Below are positions 34,292 through 44,211 of a stretch of DNA of 64,000 bases, piece after piece (position 1 is the first letter of the stretch; every line of letters starts with the position of its first letter). The stretch is from an uncultured Verrucomicrobiae bacterium (lineage in GTDB: Bacteria; Verrucomicrobiota; Verrucomicrobiia; Chthoniobacterales; Chthoniobacteraceae): positions 992,001 to 1,056,000 of the forward strand of contig CAVYKI010000003.1 of NCBI GenBank assembly GCA_963769025.1. Reading direction: 5' to 3'. Made by a program: the position numbers and the translations under genes. Below the pieces are notes generated by a model that saw nothing but the letters and a program-made list of their open reading frames with translations, was not told the origin of the DNA and searched no databases.

Positions 34292-34506
34292 CAGGTTGTT
34301 GCGAACACCGGACGTCGCAGCGAGTTGCAACGAAACTCCGGCTCCTGCCAGCACCCGCCATTCTCGCGCGCCGCTAGCGCGGGAAAATTTGGGCGTTCGG
34401 CAAGTGTCCGAAACCTACGCGCAGTCGCACCGCACACACGATTTCAAGCTGTCCCCGCCGGTCAACTTCCGCTATCAGTTACACCGTAACCTCTACCTTT
34501 ACTCCC

Positions 34507-35037
34507 ATGAAACCTCCCACTCCGGTCCACAAGGCGATCAACGAACAGATCAAGAACGAGCTGCAGGCGCACTACAACTACCTCGGCATGTCCGCGCATT
34601 TCGAGGACTCGCCCTATCTGGGTTTTGCAAAATGGATGCGCATGCAATCCGCGGAGGAGCACGGGCACGCGATGCGCCTTTTCGATTTTCTGCGCGAGCG
34701 GAACGTGGCGATCGAGTTGAGCGCCATCGATGCGCCCAAGACCACATACGGCCCGCAGCCGCTGGAAGTGTTTGAGATCGCACTGGCCCAGGAACAGGGC
34801 GTCACGCGGCAGATCAATCACCTCTACGATCTGGCGCTCAAGGAGAAGGACTATTCCACCCTCCCGTTCCTCCAGTGGTTCCTGCAGGAGCAGGTCGAGG
34901 AGGAAAACACCGTCTCCGACATCATCGACCGGCTCCGCCTCGCCGGCGACAATTCTGCGGCGTTGCTTCGCCTCGATGGTGAGGCGCCCCGGCTTGCCGC
35001 GGCCCGCGCTGCGGCCGGGGCCAAACCGGGGGCCTGA
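34507..35037 (+). CDS. ftnA: Non-haem ferritin
   Basis: EEHGHAMRL, EQGVT, FLQWFLQEQVEEE ferroxidase motifs. Confidence 0.92.
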   Translation: MKPPTPVHKAINEQIKNELQAHYNYLGMSAHFEDSPYLGFAKWMRMQSAEEHGHAMRLFDFLRERNVAIELSAIDAPKTTYGPQPLEVFEIALAQEQGVTRQINHLYDLALKEKDYSTLPFLQWFLQEQVEEENTVSDIIDRLRLAGDNSAALLRLDGEAPRLAAARAAAGAKPGA

Positions 35038-35097
35038 AGTGCGTGGACGTCGCGAAATGTCCGTTCGTCAACATGTCGAAACTGAACGCCGAAAAAT

Positions 35098-35307
35098 ATG
35101 AGTGACCACATCTACAAGAAAATCGAACTGATCGGCTCGTCCCCCACTGGCATTGAGGACGCCGTGAACAACGCCGTCTCCCGCGCGGCGAAAACAGTCC
35201 GCAACATGCGTTGGTTCGAAGTCAGCGAAATCCGCGGCCACATCGAAGACAACAAGATCGGCCACTGGCAGGTGACCGTGAAGATCGGATTCACGCTCGA
35301 CGCGTGA
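35098..35307 (+). CDS. Dodecin (flavin-binding)
   Basis: [24 protein letters not shown]; 69 aa. Confidence 0.93.
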   Translation: MSDHIYKKIELIGSSPTGIEDAVNNAVSRAAKTVRNMRWFEVSEIRGHIEDNKIGHWQVTVKIGFTLDA

Positions 35308-35356
35308 AACGGTGACGCCGCGGTAAAGGCCGGCCGCACGGTCGGCCTATCGCCAA

Positions 35357-36520
35357 TCAGGCCGCCGCAGCCACGCGGCGGACCTTCTCCGCGACCTCGG
35401 GAACGATTTCCAGCGCACGCGCGACATCCGCGGCCGTGTTGAAGCGCCCGAATGAAAACCGCAGGCTGCTGCGGGCACGCGTGTCGTCGTAGCCCATCGC
35501 GCGGAGGACGTGCGACGGCTCGTGCTGGCCCGTGGTGCAGGCCGAGCCCGCGGAGCAGCAGATGCCGCGCTGGTCGAGCAGCATGAGCATCGCCTCGCTC
35601 TCCACGCCGCTGAACGCGAGGCTCGTCGTGTTCGGCAGCCGGTTCACGGTGTCGCCATTCACCTGCACTCCCTCGATTCGCGAGAGAATGCCGGACTCGA
35701 AATCATCGCGGAACTTTTTCACCACCGTCGCCTCGTGATCGAGATGCTGCGCGGCAAGTTCGCACGCCTTGCCGAGCGCGATGATGCTCGCCGTGTTCTG
35801 CGTGCCCGCGCGGCGTCCGCCCTCCTGGCCGCCGCCGGTCATCGACGGGATGAATTTCGTCCGGCGATTCACATAGAGGACGCCGACGCCCTTCGGCGCA
35901 TGCAGCTTGTGGCCGCTGAGCGAGAGGAAGTTCACCTTCAGGTCGCTGACCTTGAACGGCACCTTGCCCACGGCCTGCACGGCATCCGTGTGAAAGACGG
36001 CGCCTTTCTCGCGCACGATGTCGGCGATTTTGCCGGTCGGGAACATCACGCCGGTCTCGTTGTTCGCCCACATGATCGAGACGAGTGCCGTCTCGTCCGT
36101 GATGGCGCGCTCCAGCTCGCCGAGATCGATCTGCCCGTCGGAATTCACGCCCAGCCACGTCACGGGATGCCCACGCTTGGCGAGCAGCTCGCACGTCTTC
36201 ATCGTCGCGCTGTGCTCGACGCGCGTGGTGACGATGTGCCGCCGGTCGCGATCCATCGCGAGCGCGGAGGAAATCGCCGCATTCGTGCTCTCCGTCCCGC
36301 AGCTCGTGAAAAGCACCTCACCCGGTTCGCAGCCGAGCAGCGCGGCGACCCGCTCCCGCGCGGTCTCCAGCGCGTCGTTCACCTTCTGGCCGAAACGGTA
36401 GCCGCTCGACGGATTGCCGTAGAATTCGGAGAGCCATGGCAGCATCTCGGCGACGACGGCAGGGTCCACCTGCGTGGTCGCGTTATTGTCGAGGTAGATC
36501 AGATCGCTGGCGGTGCTCAT
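35357..36520 (-). CDS. Cysteine desulfurase (NifS/IscS family)
   Basis: YLDNNATT, FTSCGTES, HTDAVQ, SGHKLHAPKG (PLP Lys) and SAGSAC motifs. Confidence 0.93.
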   Translation of the reverse strand: MSTASDLIYLDNNATTQVDPAVVAEMLPWLSEFYGNPSSGYRFGQKVNDALETARERVAALLGCEPGEVLFTSCGTESTNAAISSALAMDRDRRHIVTTRVEHSATMKTCELLAKRGHPVTWLGVNSDGQIDLGELERAITDETALVSIMWANNETGVMFPTGKIADIVREKGAVFHTDAVQAVGKVPFKVSDLKVNFLSLSGHKLHAPKGVGVLYVNRRTKFIPSMTGGGQEGGRRAGTQNTASIIALGKACELAAQHLDHEATVVKKFRDDFESGILSRIEGVQVNGDTVNRLPNTTSLAFSGVESEAMLMLLDQRGICCSAGSACTTGQHEPSHVLRAMGYDDTRARSSLRFSFGRFNTAADVARALEIVPEVAEKVRRVAAAA

Positions 36521-36583
36521 GGCAAAGGACGCGTAACGTAAAACGCAATCCGGCGAGAGCCAAGGCAACTTTGCTCGGCCGCC

Positions 36584-37045
36584 CTACCCCTTCGCGACCG
36601 GGAACGCCCACTTGTGGTACACGATGAATTTCAGCCAGCTCAGGCAGAGCTGCGTGGCCACCACATCCAGATCGAGCGGGAACCGGCCGAGGTTGAGCGC
36701 GAGATGCGCGTTGATGTGTTTGAAAAGCGTGAGCAACGCCGTGGACATCACGTAAAGCATCCCGACCGCCGTGAGGTAACGCGCGAGCGCGTCGCGTTTC
36801 CGCGAGTCGGTGCGAAAATTCACGAAGTAATTCCAGCAGAAGAAAAACACGGTGCCGACGCCGATGCTGCACGCGGAGATCTGCCAGACCGGCATGTCCG
36901 TGTGCATGCGCAGGTATTTGAAAGGCGTCGCGATCAGCAGGTAGTTCACCCCCGAGCCGGCGAGGAACCAGAACATGCGCCAGCGCAGCGTGCGGCTGGG
37001 CTTTGCGGGTTCGGTGGCGTTTTCCATCGGTGCGACATAGGGCAT
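36584..37045 (-). CDS. GtrA family membrane protein
   Basis: Four TM segments; WNYFVNFR and KFIVYHKWAF pattern. Confidence 0.7.
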   Translation of the reverse strand: MPYVAPMENATEPAKPSRTLRWRMFWFLAGSGVNYLLIATPFKYLRMHTDMPVWQISACSIGVGTVFFFCWNYFVNFRTDSRKRDALARYLTAVGMLYVMSTALLTLFKHINAHLALNLGRFPLDLDVVATQLCLSWLKFIVYHKWAFPVAKG

Positions 37046-37303
37046 CGCGCCCCGCTTGCCAACCGCGTTGCCGTCCCGTCCGCAGCGCAGGAAATGGACA
37101 CAGGCTGCCGGCTGCGGCACTGGCCTCCGTTTCCACCCTGATCGGATCGCGGCCTGACGCACGAAGAACAAACCGCTTCACTTTTGCCACCCCACTGCCA
37201 TGGTCAGCACTGACTTGAAATGACGGCGCAAAAGCCAATTTCTAGCGACGCCATCGCAGCGAGTTTCAACAAGGCAGACCAATCCTCATCCACCCGACCA
37301 ACC

Positions 37304-37861
37304 ATGGAAACCCACACAAAAACGAATTCGAACCGCAGCCTCATGAGCAGCCTCCTGCTGGCGATCGCCATTTGCTTCACCGGATGCGCGGCGCAGGAAC
37401 AGGTGAGCCGTGAAGCCCATGCGGCACTCGCCCAACTCGTGAGGCAATCACCGGGCGCAGCGGTGCTGGCGTCCAAGGCCAAGGGAATCCTCGTGTTCCC
37501 GGACGTGTTCAAAGGAGGCTTCGTCTTTTCAGGACACGAGGGCGACGGAGCCTTGATCCAAGGGGGCGAGACCACTGGTTACTACAATCTGGCGGGCGCG
37601 TCGTTCGGATTTCTCGCGGGCGTCCAGGTGTACTCCTACGCTCTGTTTTTCATGACCGACGAGGATCTGGAATATCTGAACCAGACCGGCGGATTTGAAG
37701 TGGGCGCCGGCCCGAGCGTCGTGGTGGCGAATGCAGGACTGTCCGGTTCGCTGAGCACGAGCACGGTGCGGAAGGGCATCTACTCCTTCTTCTACAACGA
37801 GCAGGGCCTCATGGGTGCCCTCGACGTGCAGGGCTCGAAAATCACCCGGCTCCGCCGCTAA
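37304..37861 (+). CDS. SYLF/YSC84-like lipid-binding lipoprotein
   Basis: Lipobox FTGC; AKGILVFP, GASFGFLAGVQ and GLMGALDVQGSKIT motifs. Confidence 0.85.
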   Translation: METHTKTNSNRSLMSSLLLAIAICFTGCAAQEQVSREAHAALAQLVRQSPGAAVLASKAKGILVFPDVFKGGFVFSGHEGDGALIQGGETTGYYNLAGASFGFLAGVQVYSYALFFMTDEDLEYLNQTGGFEVGAGPSVVVANAGLSGSLSTSTVRKGIYSFFYNEQGLMGALDVQGSKITRLRR

Positions 37862-37869
37862 CGAGCGAA

Positions 37870-37890
37870 GGCGAAGCGCCCGGTTTTTTT
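37870..37890 (+). terminator. Possible weak intrinsic terminator
   Basis: GGCG-AAG-CGCC short stem followed by CGG and a 7-T run after the stop at 37861. Confidence 0.35.
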
Positions 37891-37927
37891 CTTGCCACCT
37901 TTGCGCGTTCGCAACCACGTTCCCAAC

Positions 37928-38074
37928 GTGAAATCTTGCCTCTCGTATCGTTGCCTTGCCTCCGCCGTCCTCGCCCTGTTGGTCGCGGTCGTCTTCAGTT
38001 CCTGCGGAACGATCTCTGGAATGGGCCGGGATTTGAGATACCTCGGGAACGCTGTCGATACCGCGGCACGCTGA
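37928..38074 (+). CDS. Entericidin EcnA/B-like small lipoprotein
   Basis: ..VVFSSC-GTISGMGRDLRYLGNAVDTAAR matches the C-xT-xxG-xGxD entericidin pattern. Confidence 0.7.
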   Translation: MKSCLSYRCLASAVLALLVAVVFSSCGTISGMGRDLRYLGNAVDTAAR

Positions 38075-38171
38075 CCCTTCATTTCAGGCAATCACCGCCG
38101 GCCGGACTGACTGGCTTCGGCGCACCGCAGGGTCCGTTTTCGGAAAAGGCGGGCCATCCTACGCCCTCGGC

Positions 38172-39182
38172 TCACGGGCGCGCGAGCGATCCCAACCGCC
38201 CGGCACGGGCGCTCACTGCCGTGGCTGCCCACACCACTGCCAGCAACGCGGCACCGACGACCGCCATCGCGGCGGCGATCGAAACATCCAGCCACAGGCC
38301 GATGTGCATCCCTATCACCGCGCTCAGCGCGGCGTGGAGCGCGGAAAGCGCGAGCATCGCGGGCAGGCGGCGCGCGATCAGATACGCCGTGGCGCCGGGA
38401 AGGATGAGCATCGCGACGACGAGGATCGCGCCGACTGCGCGGAATGCGCTCACGACGACGACCGACAGTGCCGCCATCAGCGCGTAGTGGACGAGCGCGG
38501 GGCGCATGCCGAGCGTGGCGGCGAGCGCGGGATCGAATGTCGTGACGAGCAGCTCCTTGTAGAAAACGGCGATCAGCGCGAGGACGAGCAGGCACACGAC
38601 GGCCATGATCACCACGGACGACGGCGCGGCGGCGAACAGGGTCGCGGCAGCGGGGTTGCCTTCCATGCTCACGAGCGCGAGTTCGCCGAAAAGCACGCAG
38701 TCGGCGTCGAGGTCCACATGCCCGGCAAATCCGCTGATGAGCACGACGCCGAGCGCGAACATCGTCGAAAACACGATGCCCATCGCGGCGTCCTGCTTGA
38801 TGCGCGAGTTGCGCTGGATGATTTCCATGAGCGCCGCAGTCACCAGCCCCGCGCCGAGCGCGCCTGCGAACATCACGAGCGGGCTGCGCGAGTCTGTGAG
38901 CAGAAACGCAATCGCGATCCCAGGCAGGATGCTGTGGCTGATCGCGTCGCCGACGAGTGACATGCGGCGGAGGACGAGGAAATTTCCCAGCACGCCGCAC
39001 GACAGCGCGACGAGGAATCCCATGAGCACGACCCAGCCCCAGATGGAGAAGTCTTCAGTCCACGGAGCGACGACGATGCGGTGCCAGTCGAAAGGCGGAA
39101 GCGTGAGAAGTGAGACGTGAGCGGTGAGACGTGAGAGGTGCTCCACACCCGGACCGCTTACGATTTCAGAAAGGCCAATCAT
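38172..39182 (-). CDS. Mn/Zn/Fe ABC transporter permease (MntD/TroD-like)
   Basis: LRRMSLVGDAISHSILPG, DLDADCVLFGE and VGAILVVAMLILP motifs. Confidence 0.92.
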   Translation of the reverse strand: MIGLSEIVSGPGVEHLSRLTAHVSLLTLPPFDWHRIVVAPWTEDFSIWGWVVLMGFLVALSCGVLGNFLVLRRMSLVGDAISHSILPGIAIAFLLTDSRSPLVMFAGALGAGLVTAALMEIIQRNSRIKQDAAMGIVFSTMFALGVVLISGFAGHVDLDADCVLFGELALVSMEGNPAAATLFAAAPSSVVIMAVVCLLVLALIAVFYKELLVTTFDPALAATLGMRPALVHYALMAALSVVVVSAFRAVGAILVVAMLILPGATAYLIARRLPAMLALSALHAALSAVIGMHIGLWLDVSIAAAMAVVGAALLAVVWAATAVSARAGRLGSLARP

Positions 39183-39205
39183 ACTTCTCACGTCTCACGT
39201 CTCAC
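39103..39205. repeat. Heptamer inverted repeat (GTGAGAC)x5 ... (GTCTCAC)x3 spanning a gene junction
   Basis: Five GTGAGNN units at 39103-39137 and three complementary units at 39185-39205. Confidence 0.85.
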
Positions 39206-40615
39206 GTCGCCGCCCACCCGCGGGATCTCCCGCCCGTGCGGATCGCGCTCCGGGAAATCGAGCCGCTGTTCGAGTTCGCGCACGGTTTCCTCACCGAGCA
39301 GGTGTTCGATTTCCTCCGCGTCGTCGTGGACGTGGTCAGTGCGGAAATTGGCTCGCTCGGTGAGGTACAGCTCCCACAGGCGGTGGTTGCGGATGACGGT
39401 GCGCGCGACACGCATACCCTCGGGCGTGAGGCGCACCTCGGGACCTGCAATCGCAAAGCCGTGGCGTGTGAGCGCCGAGGCTGCGCGACGCGCGTTTGCG
39501 GGCGAACTGCGGCTGCGCGCGGCGAGTTCGTCGCACGAAACTCCGTCGCGCTGGAAGCCGCCATGTTCGAGCACCTGGTAGATCGCCTTCAGTGTGTTTT
39601 CCCGTGCCACGCGACGGCGGCGTTCGCGTGTGCGCCACCAGCGCGCGAGCACGCCGTGGCGCGGGGCGAAAAGGAATGTGACTGCGAAAATCGCCGATGC
39701 TGCGAGCACCATGCACGGGCCGGTGGGAAGGTTGCTGCCGAGGAAGGACACGAACGCGCCCAGCCCGCCGGCGAGCATCCCGAGCAACGCAGAGAGAATG
39801 AGCATCCGGTGCATGCGGTCGGTGAGCAGATACGCGGCAGCGGCGGGAATGATGAGCATCGCCGACACGAGCACCGCACCCACGGCTTGCAGCGCGACGA
39901 CGACGGCGGCGGCGAGCAAAAGCATGAGCAGATTGTGCAGCAGCCGCACGGGCAGTCCGATGGTGCGGGCGAAGACGGCGTCGAAGCTCACGGCGAGGAA
40001 TTCCTTATAGAACAACGCAAGGATGAGCACCGTCGCGCCGGTCGTCGCGGCCATGAGCGCGACATCGCCGCCGCCGAGTGCCGCTGCCTGGCCGAAGAAC
40101 ACGCTGCCGATGCCGCTCTTGTCCGCGCCGGGCAGGCGCTGGATGACGCCCATGAGGCAGAGGCCGATGGCAAAAAACACCGAGAGCACGATGCCGAGCG
40201 CGGCGTCCTCCTTGAGCTTCGTCGTGCGTGTGAGCCAGCCGGTGACGAGTGTCCCGAGCAGCCCCGCGACCGTCGCGCCGATGAAAATGGCGGCGGGATC
40301 CTTGGTCATCTTCCACAAAAATCCGAGCGCAACGCCGGGCAGCACGGCGTGGGAAAGCGTGTCGCCCACGAGCGCCATCCGCCGCACGACGAGGAACGCG
40401 CCGAGCAGCCCGCAGCTCACGCCGAGCAGCAGCGAGCCCGCGAGCGCGAGCCGCAGCGACGGATCGCGGAAGGTGAAGAAGCGGAGCGCCTGTTCATAGG
40501 CATTGCTCCCGACGACATCGCCGATGCGGGCCGCTTCCGCCGGAACGGCGAGGAGGACGAGCAGCAGGAGCGTCGCGCCGAATCCGCGGGTTCCCGGAGC
40601 ACCTGCCCTTTTCAT
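39188..40615 (-). CDS. Metal ABC permease fused to C-terminal DtxR-family repressor domain
   Basis: VRRMALVGDTLSHAVLPG permease, then ENTLKAIY, LTPEG, RNHRLWELYL, HDDAEEIEH and DPHGREIP. Confidence 0.92.
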   Translation of the reverse strand: MKRAGAPGTRGFGATLLLLVLLAVPAEAARIGDVVGSNAYEQALRFFTFRDPSLRLALAGSLLLGVSCGLLGAFLVVRRMALVGDTLSHAVLPGVALGFLWKMTKDPAAIFIGATVAGLLGTLVTGWLTRTTKLKEDAALGIVLSVFFAIGLCLMGVIQRLPGADKSGIGSVFFGQAAALGGGDVALMAATTGATVLILALFYKEFLAVSFDAVFARTIGLPVRLLHNLLMLLLAAAVVVALQAVGAVLVSAMLIIPAAAAYLLTDRMHRMLILSALLGMLAGGLGAFVSFLGSNLPTGPCMVLAASAIFAVTFLFAPRHGVLARWWRTRERRRRVARENTLKAIYQVLEHGGFQRDGVSCDELAARSRSSPANARRAASALTRHGFAIAGPEVRLTPEGMRVARTVIRNHRLWELYLTERANFRTDHVHDDAEEIEHLLGEETVRELEQRLDFPERDPHGREIPRVGGDVRRET

Positions 40616-41367
40616 TCCCGGTTCTTCACCTCCTGCGCGACTTCCGAGAGGATCGTCAGCCGCCCGCCGTAGGTTTTTTGCAGGAGCGCGTCGGTGAAAA
40701 CATCCGCGGTCTCGCCGAATGCCACGACGTGCATGTTGATGAGCAGCAGCATGTCGAAATATTGCCGGGCGCTCGTGAGGTCGTGGTGGACGACGAGGAT
40801 CGTTTTCCCGCGCGCCTTCAGTTCGTGGAGCAGGGTGACGATGGCGGCCTCGGTCGTGGCGTCCACGCCGGCGAATGGCTCGTCCATCAGGTAGAGGTCG
40901 CTCTCCTGCGCGAGTGCGCGGGCGAGGAAGACGCGCTGCTGCTGGCCTCCGCTGAGGTTGGCGATCTGGCGATCCGCGAAGGGGAGCATGCCGAGTTTTT
41001 CCAGGCACTCGCGCGCGATCTCGCGGTCGCGCGCGTCGGGGCGGCGGCCGAGGCCGAGGCGTCCGTAGCGTCCCATCAGCACGACATCCATGACGTTGAC
41101 GGGAAAATCCCAATCCACCGACTCGCGCTGCGGCACGTAGCCGACGCGCCGCAGCGCGCGCGAAGCAGGTTCGCCAAAAATTTTCACCCATCCGCTCACG
41201 GGCGGGACGATGCCCATGACGGCCTTGATGAGCGTGGATTTTCCTGCGCCGTTCGGCCCCATGATGCCGACGATCCGGCCTGGCGGCACTGCGAGGTCCA
41301 CGCGGTAAATCACCGGCCGCTTGTGGTAGGCGACGGTGAGATCGTGTGTTTCGAGCGCTGGCGTCAT
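40612..41367 (-). CDS. Metal ABC transporter ATP-binding protein (MntB/TroB-like)
   Basis: GPNGAGKST, LSGGQQQR, MDEPFAGVD and VHHDL motifs. Confidence 0.95.
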   Translation of the reverse strand: MTPALETHDLTVAYHKRPVIYRVDLAVPPGRIVGIMGPNGAGKSTLIKAVMGIVPPVSGWVKIFGEPASRALRRVGYVPQRESVDWDFPVNVMDVVLMGRYGRLGLGRRPDARDREIARECLEKLGMLPFADRQIANLSGGQQQRVFLARALAQESDLYLMDEPFAGVDATTEAAIVTLLHELKARGKTILVVHHDLTSARQYFDMLLLINMHVVAFGETADVFTDALLQKTYGGRLTILSEVAQEVKNRE

Positions 41368-41368
41368 T

Positions 41369-42202
41369 TCAAAATCTCACACTCAGCGTGAGGAACGGAT
41401 TGATGTCCGTCGCCTGGCGCGTGACTCCAAAGTAAACGCCCCCATCCAGCAGGACATTGTCGGACAGCGCCCACTGCAGCCCTCCGCCGATGGAGACTGC
41501 CGGGTGCGATTCGTTTTCGCCGGCGTGATACGCGCCGACCAGTTCGACATAGCCCCAGAGCCGTTCAAGCAATGGCCGGGTGAACGAGGCCACCGTGATC
41601 CACTCCGCGTGATGGCCGCCGCCAGCGGCATGCTCGCGGGCGTTGAGTTCGAGCCGGGCATCGAACGACCAGTCCGCCGGCAGCGTAGCGGAGAAATAGG
41701 CGGTGAAGCCTCCCTCGACCGCACCGTTTCCAAGGCCATCGGACGCCGTGGGCAGCTTGAGCGACGGCATGATCGCACACGCAGTCGTGCCGCCGTCATT
41801 GCCCCAGAGGTTCGCCTTCACCCGCAGCGTGACATCGCCAAACCCCTCGGCAACTTCGCCCATGCCCGGCGCGCTCGTGCGGACGCGGTTGTGAAGCGGC
41901 GTGGTCAGCGCGAATTCGATCGAGTTGCTCAGCCCGACGCGCGTGTTGATCGAGGCGAACGACCACGCATTGACGTGGGTGGAGTCCCTGCCAGGCGTGT
42001 GGCGGTCCCGGCTGAAATTGAAGAGGTCCGCATCGAACTGGACATGGCCGGCGTCCACGGTGAAGGCGTTGTCCGTCGCGAGCGGGCGCATCTGTTCACG
42101 CGGGGTCGGCTTGAAAAGGTGGTAGCCGCTCTTGTCCTTCGCGGCGGGATCGCTCGCGAGCAATGAACCGCCGGCGGCGAAAAGGATGAGTGTGCGTTTC
42201 AT
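41369..42202 (-). CDS. Outer-membrane beta-barrel channel (MetA-pathway/COG4313-like)
   Basis: Signal peptide, MRPLATD..TVDAGH plug, GFGDVTLRVK, amphipathic strands, terminal LSVRF. Confidence 0.78.
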   Translation of the reverse strand: MKRTLILFAAGGSLLASDPAAKDKSGYHLFKPTPREQMRPLATDNAFTVDAGHVQFDADLFNFSRDRHTPGRDSTHVNAWSFASINTRVGLSNSIEFALTTPLHNRVRTSAPGMGEVAEGFGDVTLRVKANLWGNDGGTTACAIMPSLKLPTASDGLGNGAVEGGFTAYFSATLPADWSFDARLELNAREHAAGGGHHAEWITVASFTRPLLERLWGYVELVGAYHAGENESHPAVSIGGGLQWALSDNVLLDGGVYFGVTRQATDINPFLTLSVRF

Positions 42203-43113
42203 TTGAGAGCTTCGACGATGGTGTTGATGTTCTGTTTCAGCATCCCGACGACCGTACCCTCGTCGTACGTCTCGCCCGCGACGGTGTGGATCTTGCCCGG
42301 AGTGCCGAGGGCGTCGGAAAAAAGTTCGCCGCCGATTTTCGCGCCGCTGTCCTTGCTGATGCGCTCGATGGCCGCCTTCGGAACGCTGCTTTCGACGAAC
42401 ACCGCCTTGACCTTCTTCTGCCTGATGAAGTCGGTCACCTTCGCGATGTCGGCAAGGCCGGCCTCGGTGACGGTCGAGATGCCCTGCACCCCGATCACTT
42501 CGAGCCCGTACGCGCGGCCGAGGTAGTTGAACGCATCGTGGCTCGTGATCAACGTGCGTTGCGCGGCGGAGAGCACCTGCACGCGTTCCTTCGCCCAGCC
42601 GTGGAGCTTCAGCAGCTCGGCGCGGTGGTCCCCGGCGCGCTTCGTGTATTCGACGGCGCCGGCGGGGTCGGCCTCGGCGAGCGCCTTCGCGACGGTCGGA
42701 ACGCAGAAGGACCACAGTTCCGCATCGCCCCAGACATGCGGGTCCGGATGGCCGCCGGCGTTATCGGGATGCAGGAGCCTGTCGGCCGGGATGCCTGCCG
42801 TGACGGCGACGACCTTGCGCCCGCGCTCCGCGAGACGGTCAAAGAGTTCCGCCATCTGCCCTTCGAGCATCAGGCCGCTGTAAAAGACGAGCTTCGCCCG
42901 CTGCAGCTTCGCGACGTCAGAGGCCGTGGCCTTGTAAAGATGCGGGTCCACGCCGGCACCCATGAGCGCCTCGACCTGCACACGCTCGCCGCCGATCTGC
43001 CGGACGAGGTCGGCGACCATCCCGGTGGTGGCGGTGACGTTCAGTTTCGGCTGCGCCGCTGCGGGCAGCGCGTCGAGGACCGTGGCTGCGAAAAGGAGGA
43101 AGACGGCTTTCAT
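42199..43113 (-). CDS. Metal ABC substrate-binding protein (MntA/TroA-like)
   Basis: GVDPHLY, DPHVW, TSHDAFNY and LFSDALG metal ligands. Confidence 0.95.
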   Translation of the reverse strand: MKAVFLLFAATVLDALPAAAQPKLNVTATTGMVADLVRQIGGERVQVEALMGAGVDPHLYKATASDVAKLQRAKLVFYSGLMLEGQMAELFDRLAERGRKVVAVTAGIPADRLLHPDNAGGHPDPHVWGDAELWSFCVPTVAKALAEADPAGAVEYTKRAGDHRAELLKLHGWAKERVQVLSAAQRTLITSHDAFNYLGRAYGLEVIGVQGISTVTEAGLADIAKVTDFIRQKKVKAVFVESSVPKAAIERISKDSGAKIGGELFSDALGTPGKIHTVAGETYDEGTVVGMLKQNINTIVEALK

Positions 43114-43150
43114 GGCGCGTTCCGTAGCCCGCGGCAAACCCGCCGTCAAC

Positions 43151-43179
43151 AAAGGAATTAGGCGGGACTAACATTCTTT
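43151..43179. promoter_or_regulatory. Candidate DtxR/MntR-family operator
   Basis: AT-rich imperfect palindrome AAAGGAATTAG-GCGGGA-CTAACATTCTTT between the divergent metal operon and mntR. Confidence 0.55.
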
Positions 43180-43242
43180 GCCAAACCGCAGAAAGCTTGC
43201 CTCCCTTGACTTCCGGGGCGCCACGCGGCTACGGTCCCCGCC

Positions 43243-43674
43243 ATGCCCGCCAAGCCGAAGGCGAAAGCCACCCCCCGCAGTTCCGCCGCAGTGGAGGACT
43301 ACCTCGAGCGCATCCTGGAGCTCATCAATACGAAGGGTTACGCGCGCGTGGTGGACATCGCGCAGAGCCTGAAGATCTCCCAGGCGAGCGTGACGAACAT
43401 GATCCAACGGATGGACGCGGACGGGCTGCTCAAATACGAGCGCTACCGCGGCATGGCGCTGACGGCATCGGGCGAGGCGCTCGCAAAAAACATCACGCGG
43501 CGCCACCGCATCCTCACGGATTTCCTGCGGCTCTTCGGGCTCGATGAGGAGCTGATTTACCACGATGTCGAAGGCATGGAACATCACGTGAGCCCGCCGA
43601 CGCTGAACGCGATCGAGGCGCTGACCGCCCAGCTTCGCAAGCAGCCCGCGCTGGTCGCGAGGGTGACGAAATAG
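43243..43674 (+). CDS. mntR: Manganese-dependent DtxR-family regulator
   Basis: EDYLERI, ASVTNMIQRM, RRHRIL and DVEGMEHH, as in Bacillus-type MntR. Confidence 0.88.
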   Translation: MPAKPKAKATPRSSAAVEDYLERILELINTKGYARVVDIAQSLKISQASVTNMIQRMDADGLLKYERYRGMALTASGEALAKNITRRHRILTDFLRLFGLDEELIYHDVEGMEHHVSPPTLNAIEALTAQLRKQPALVARVTK

Positions 43675-43721
43675 CGGAGCGGGATTGCGCCGACGGGGGA
43701 GTTCCGATACAGGGCGGCCAC

Positions 43722-44204
43722 ATGAAATTGATCCGCTTGGCCGGGGCGCTGCTCCTGCTTCCGTATTTTGCCGGCTGCGTTTCCACCGTCGGGCCGACCC
43801 AGGCCCAGATCACAAAGGCGCGCGCGGGGATGCTGGAGGAAATCAAAAATGAACCGCCGGGCGCGTATTTCGTCGGGCGGCGCTACTACAAGACCGAATA
43901 CAAGTTCTGGGGCTTCGTACGCAAATCGGGCGAACCTTGGAAGGCGGCAAAGCTGGTGATGCTGAACGAAAACCAAAAGCTGGCGCCGGACCGCGCGGGC
44001 GGGAAGCTCGGCTCGGACAATAATTACGAGTACAAGCTCTCCGGCTATTTCTCGGGCGACACGGTCTATGAGCCTGCGAGCAACGGCTTCTACCCCGAGT
44101 TCGTGCTGAAGGGCTACGAGCTGAAAACGTCAACTCCCGCGCCCATCTACAAAGAAGCGGGCGCGACGGACCCCGAGCGCCGGATCATCGCGATCCCTTA
44201 TTGA
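43722..44204 (+). CDS. Hypothetical lipoprotein
   Basis: Lipobox FAGC; strongly biased codon usage. Confidence 0.75.
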   Translation: MKLIRLAGALLLLPYFAGCVSTVGPTQAQITKARAGMLEEIKNEPPGAYFVGRRYYKTEYKFWGFVRKSGEPWKAAKLVMLNENQKLAPDRAGGKLGSDNNYEYKLSGYFSGDTVYEPASNGFYPEFVLKGYELKTSTPAPIYKEAGATDPERRIIAIPY

Positions 44205-44211
44205 AGCCAGC

